Notes under the pieces: model-generated
What the model saw: only the letters and a program-made list of their open reading frames with translations
Database searches by the model: none
What the model was told of the DNA's origin: nothing
Source: Phoronis australis
Lineage: Eukaryota > Animalia > Phoronida
DNA: 64,000 nucleotides
Reading direction: 5' to 3'
Assembly: GCA_002633005.1 (NCBI GenBank)
Contig: NMRA01000473.1
Location: forward strand, 61,537 to 125,536
Position numbers and translations under genes: made by a program
Shown: positions 62,001-64,000 of the stretch, in pieces
Layout of the letters: each line of letters starts with the position of its first letter
Position numbering within the stretch: the stretch's first letter is position 1

Positions 62001-63081
62001 ATGTGATTCACAGTCATTGTTGAAGGACCTCCACACATTTGATGTACGTTTCCCGGACAAGAGAAAGAACAGTTTGAAGCGGTGTTTGTCATGTTAGAGA
62101 ACTCTTTAGCAGGGAGGCAGTAACAATGCTGACCCCTTGTACCGTAAACAGTGTAATTATTGGCCAAGCAGAGCTGTTGGCAAAGAGTATTGGTCATGCG
62201 ATAGTAAGGTCCAAATGAATCACCGAACTGTATTGAGGCATCAACACATTTGGAGACTTCTGCAATAAACAAAAACTGCCAATCGATTGGTTTGAAACCA
62301 AAGAAAAACAAATTCAATCATCACCGATGTGCACATTTAGATCCATGCTCCTATGTCTGACGAATAAATGCGCTTTTAACAAATTTTAGCTCAAATGTTT
62401 CGTTTCACTTGTAGACGCAGGATAGTATTATTTGCATTTGCACGTCATAGGAATGTTTTCTGAGTGTCCTTTTCCGTACTTTGCACTACTAATACAACTG
62501 CTAACTAAATAATTAATGTTAAACTAAATACAAGTCAACTCACATTGGCGTGTTACGTTTAAACCAGATTCCCTGCTCAAGTTTTGCAAACATGCGCATG
62601 CGACTAATAACGAATTTAGAGCAGCTTTTTCTACAGACGCAGTATGGTATATTAGTTGGTTCACCTCTCAAAGGAGCCTTTGGCAAAAATTTGTTCCTAA
62701 CCAAAATAGTTGAGTGGTTATATTGTTTATATCGACAATAAATTTCATAATCAAAAGTTTTGCAGTTTTTTCAATGAAGTTATGGTCTAAAACTGCATGC
62801 AGTCACAAAGCCAAGTGTACTTTGTTAACACCACTACTTACTGTAAGTTTTCTTTTCACATATATAATGATGTTCTTCTTTCATCTGTTGGCCAGTTTTG
62901 AACCAAAGTTCCCAATCTGTAGGCCAGTTTTGCAGAAGGTTTCCATCCAGCCAAGTAAAAATTCCGTTCTCTTCAATATCTGCATCTACGGCACCAATAT
63001 GCCAGCTGTCCTCCATCTCGACTGACGCCAAACCTGCGTAAATGTATAAACTTTTGTCTTCAAAAGGCATCGCATAACTTT
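43151..63081 (-). CDS. Uncharacterised single-pass membrane protein, 5'-incomplete: CTL-like / WSC / CTL-like / WSC / Thr-rich / CCP(sushi)-like / TM; exons 63081(or 63033)-62842, 62259-61999, 53058-52681, 52244-51987, 51099-50998, 47036-46839, 43566-43151
   Basis: Seven GT-AG exons, all phase 1, read through in frame. WSC motifs YVGCF..MTATACIEFC..YAAV..CHC..C..C..CG and MTNTLCQQLC..CYC..CSFSCPGN..CGG; CTL motifs C..WFGFNGHCY..AKETC..L.SV and WHIG..G.FTWLDG..YICEK; hydrophobic VVIGTSELIIVASVLGFIVFL. Confidence 0.82.
44634..45903 (+). mobile_element. Non-autonomous Kolobok-type element with ~300-bp TIRs and a THAP-transposase pseudogene
   Basis: TTAA at both ends. Frameshifted THAP (MPRCCCEPGC..RFPKD..W..; RVCGKHFLPSDYDRDMYAELM), followed by EPKF..LELFGRCQVCG..G..C..GH, which matches the N-terminal part of Kolobok-type transposases. 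Confidence 0.8.
44884..45570 (+). pseudogene. THAP-domain transposase N-terminal fragment (frameshifts, stops)
   Basis: C2CH THAP signature split over ORFs 44884 and 45002. Confidence 0.8.
46839..47036 (-). CDS. Cys-containing (CCP/sushi-like) exon, not in the ORF track
   Basis: tttacag|TT DPITFSELPSQNWTANVTLDSTNQIMTIRCIEDNNTLYFAKLRIVYGCSKTSPVDGFVWWDMFCY C|gtaagt; open frame, phase 1-1. Confidence 0.75.
47875..49975 (+). mobile_element. Older degenerate L1/Tx1 3' fragment (target of the nested LINE)
   Basis: FQLRLSHRII..FLNKIG..FCKEDYEDLIHLY| insertion |WLCPRIKSF continues across the TSD. Confidence 0.7.
47994..49695 (+). mobile_element. 5'-truncated L1/Tx1-clade LINE (ORF2 C-terminal half, zf-RVT), nested in an older LINE
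   Basis: SGQKPNLEKTECVWIG..LTPLGKITVIKS..GGCKM..WFQIRLTHRIL.TN.FLHKIG..CTFC..E...HL..SC; AATAAA and A-tail at 49678-49695; 11-bp TSD TCATCTTTATT at 47983-47993 and 49696-49706. Confidence 0.9.
50040..50082. repeat. (GT)n microsatellite
   Basis: Direct reading. Confidence 0.95.
50998..51099 (-). CDS. Thr-rich (mucin-like) linker exon
   Basis: tttgtag|CT RATTTSTAKTTTSTTTTTVPPLDDVTYEPCPEK G|gtagac. Confidence 0.8.
51987..52244 (-). CDS. WSC domain exon
   Basis: taccag|GT YVGCFN..MTATACIEFCRGLDYIYAAVSGRRCHC..CLDTCESAPHQPCG..SVFAL G|gtatgt. Confidence 0.88.
52681..53058 (-). CDS. C-type-lectin-like domain exon
   Basis: ttatag|AT YTACENSRWFGFNGHCYSF..AKETCLSKNGLLTSVND..RPICEKHA G|gtaagt. Confidence 0.85.
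53170..55000 (-). mobile_element. Degenerate 5'-truncated L1/Tx1-clade LINE interrupted by a MITE
   Basis: WSRRILIVLGKITVVK|TLLWPKFVHL..LPSP; FIKSLKISWLRK; WFQCRLIHRILPTNNYLHKI..CSFC..ETFLHLFWEC; boundaries approximate. Confidence 0.85.
54522..54828. mobile_element. MITE with 5-bp TSD CTTAA inserted in the L1/Tx1 ORF2 remnant
   Basis: cttaa|CAGGGGCGGAT ... ATCCGTCGCTG|cttaa; removing the element plus one CTTAA restores ..TVVKTLL.. Confidence 0.85.
56130..57747 (-). mobile_element. Kolobok-type element with truncated THAP start
   Basis: TTAA|AAGGGAACTGTA ... TACAGTCCCCTT|TTAA; minus strand from 57454 reads MPFCMAPGCSNSSKK..IAYHR (THAP N-terminus). Confidence 0.65.
58390..58881. mobile_element. 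Foldback MITE with TIR AGCGCCAAAGG and subterminal TTGCTTAATCAACG repeats
   Basis: Mirror arrays of the subrepeat at both ends. Confidence 0.65.
59030..60370 (-). mobile_element. Degenerate L1/Tx1 3' fragment split by a DNA transposon
   Basis: WFQFRL*HRIISCN..KIGVSNSPLCTFCKSETESLLHLH| insertion |WQCDVV..TVFFGN..KFHLYKQR; boundaries approximate. Confidence 0.75.
59243..60190. mobile_element. Non-autonomous DNA transposon with ~285-bp TIRs, TAG...CTA termini and 9-bp TSD (AcademH- or MULE-type)
   Basis: TSD GTGTAAGTG at 59234-59242 and 60191-60199; TIR starts TAGGCAATGACCATCGCCTCTGTTGGCCCG. Confidence 0.85.
61999..62259 (-). CDS. WSC domain exon
   Basis: ttgcag|AA VSKCVD..MTNTLCQQLCLANNYTVYGTRGQHCYC..CSFSCPGNVHQMCGGPSTMTVNHM G|gtacgt. 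Confidence 0.87.
62842..63081 (-). CDS. C-type-lectin-like half-domain exon (acceptor either 63081 or 63033)
   Basis: SWHIGAVDADIEENGIFTWLDG..HYICEKKTY A|gtaagt. Confidence 0.75.
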
Positions 63082-64000
63082 CTGGAAAAATACTTCATAC
63101 GCAATAGTGAACACTTTGTGGACAACTTTCCACTCTTTTTAAGTTTTTGTTTTATTCATTCTTGTGACGTTTGTTAATTGCTTGGCGGGAGGTTTCTTAA
63201 CGAGAACGTGCTTTTAAGAAAACAACGGTGATACAAATAATCCTTATTCACGACTTTGCTTTGTCTCTGATAAATGATAATTCATTGCAGTTTAGGCATT
63301 GAGACTGAAACATTTAGTCGACTGTCATGAAAACGTGAAGCCTTCTATAGGAGACGCATTTTTGAATTGTTGTCCCCAGGATTAAAGTCGCTCGCAACGG
63401 TACAACTAATTACAAAGATTGATTTCTTCTTATGGACATCAAAAACAAAACAAAATCACGGCAAGATTGAGCTCACAAGAAAACCATCAAATTTCACAAC
63501 CACAAGAAATAGAAGCAATACAGATACCCTGGCCACTTGCTTCCTTAAACACGGCCCGTGGTTTCACAAAACTCGATTAAATGACAGCTGCTCACCTACC
63601 ACCACACACAGTGTAGACTCACGAATCATGGGTTATTCACCATCAAAGCTCTCAACTCTCAAACACTGCCGAACAAAGTACAGAAACATGAAGGGCATGC
63701 TCTGAGTTTACGAGTCGGTGCCGTACCGCGAGTTTTGAGAGTCGGTGATTACTGTAGTATTATAGCTCTTTAGACTTAGAGATAAATCTATTGAGTTCCG
63801 GTTCCGTCAGCATTGTTGTTCCTACCACAGGCGTCCTCAGCTTCTGATCGTCCCCAATACACTACATATAATACTACAAGGTATGACACTTCCGACCAGA
63901 AATTCCACGGGTGCTTCACTTCAGCCGTCCATAGCAAACATAAAACTCAATAAATTTACACAAAACAGAGGTTCAACAAACCATGAAGAATTGTTCTTTC

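Noticed and set aside
63780-64000. Upstream CTL exon (YWGRSEAEDAC-like frame)
   Set aside because: Bounded by stops with no convincing splice sites; cannot be supported within the window.

Overview
Eukaryotic (metazoan, probably lophotrochozoan/molluscan; this is inference) genomic DNA with GT-AG introns and two assembly gaps. Three spliced protein-coding genes can be rebuilt exon by exon. (1) NAPA/alpha-SNAP on + has 9 coding exons at 3939-17208 and gives 289 aa. (2) GOLGA5/golgin-84 on - has 13 coding exons at 35033-20200, gives 734 aa, and is tail-to-tail with NAPA. (3) The 3' part of an uncharacterised type-I membrane protein lies on -, with architecture CTL-WSC-CTL-WSC-Thr-rich-CCP-like-polybasic-TM; 7 phase-1 exons fall at 63081-43151 and the 5' end is outside the window. 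A possible first exon of a divergent gene lies upstream of NAPA. Introns and intergenic DNA carry many transposon relics: four TTAA-flanked Kolobok-type elements with THAP/transposase remnants, four 5'-truncated L1/Tx1-clade LINE fragments (one nested in another), a long-TIR element with a 9-bp TSD, Helentron-type (HINE/DINE-1-like) repeats carrying CTCF-like motif arrays, and MITEs with 3-, 5- and 6-bp TSDs. There are also many minisatellites. Most ORFs in the supplied track are spurious. No prokaryote-type system, CRISPR array, tRNA or rRNA is supported. The most unusual signals are: two unrelated transposons inserted at the same homologous H-L-x-W codons of two old LINEs; a palindromic Kolobok built from two transposase-side ends; CTCF-motif arrays; a tandemly duplicated splice donor in GOLGA5; and the modular lectin/WSC receptor.
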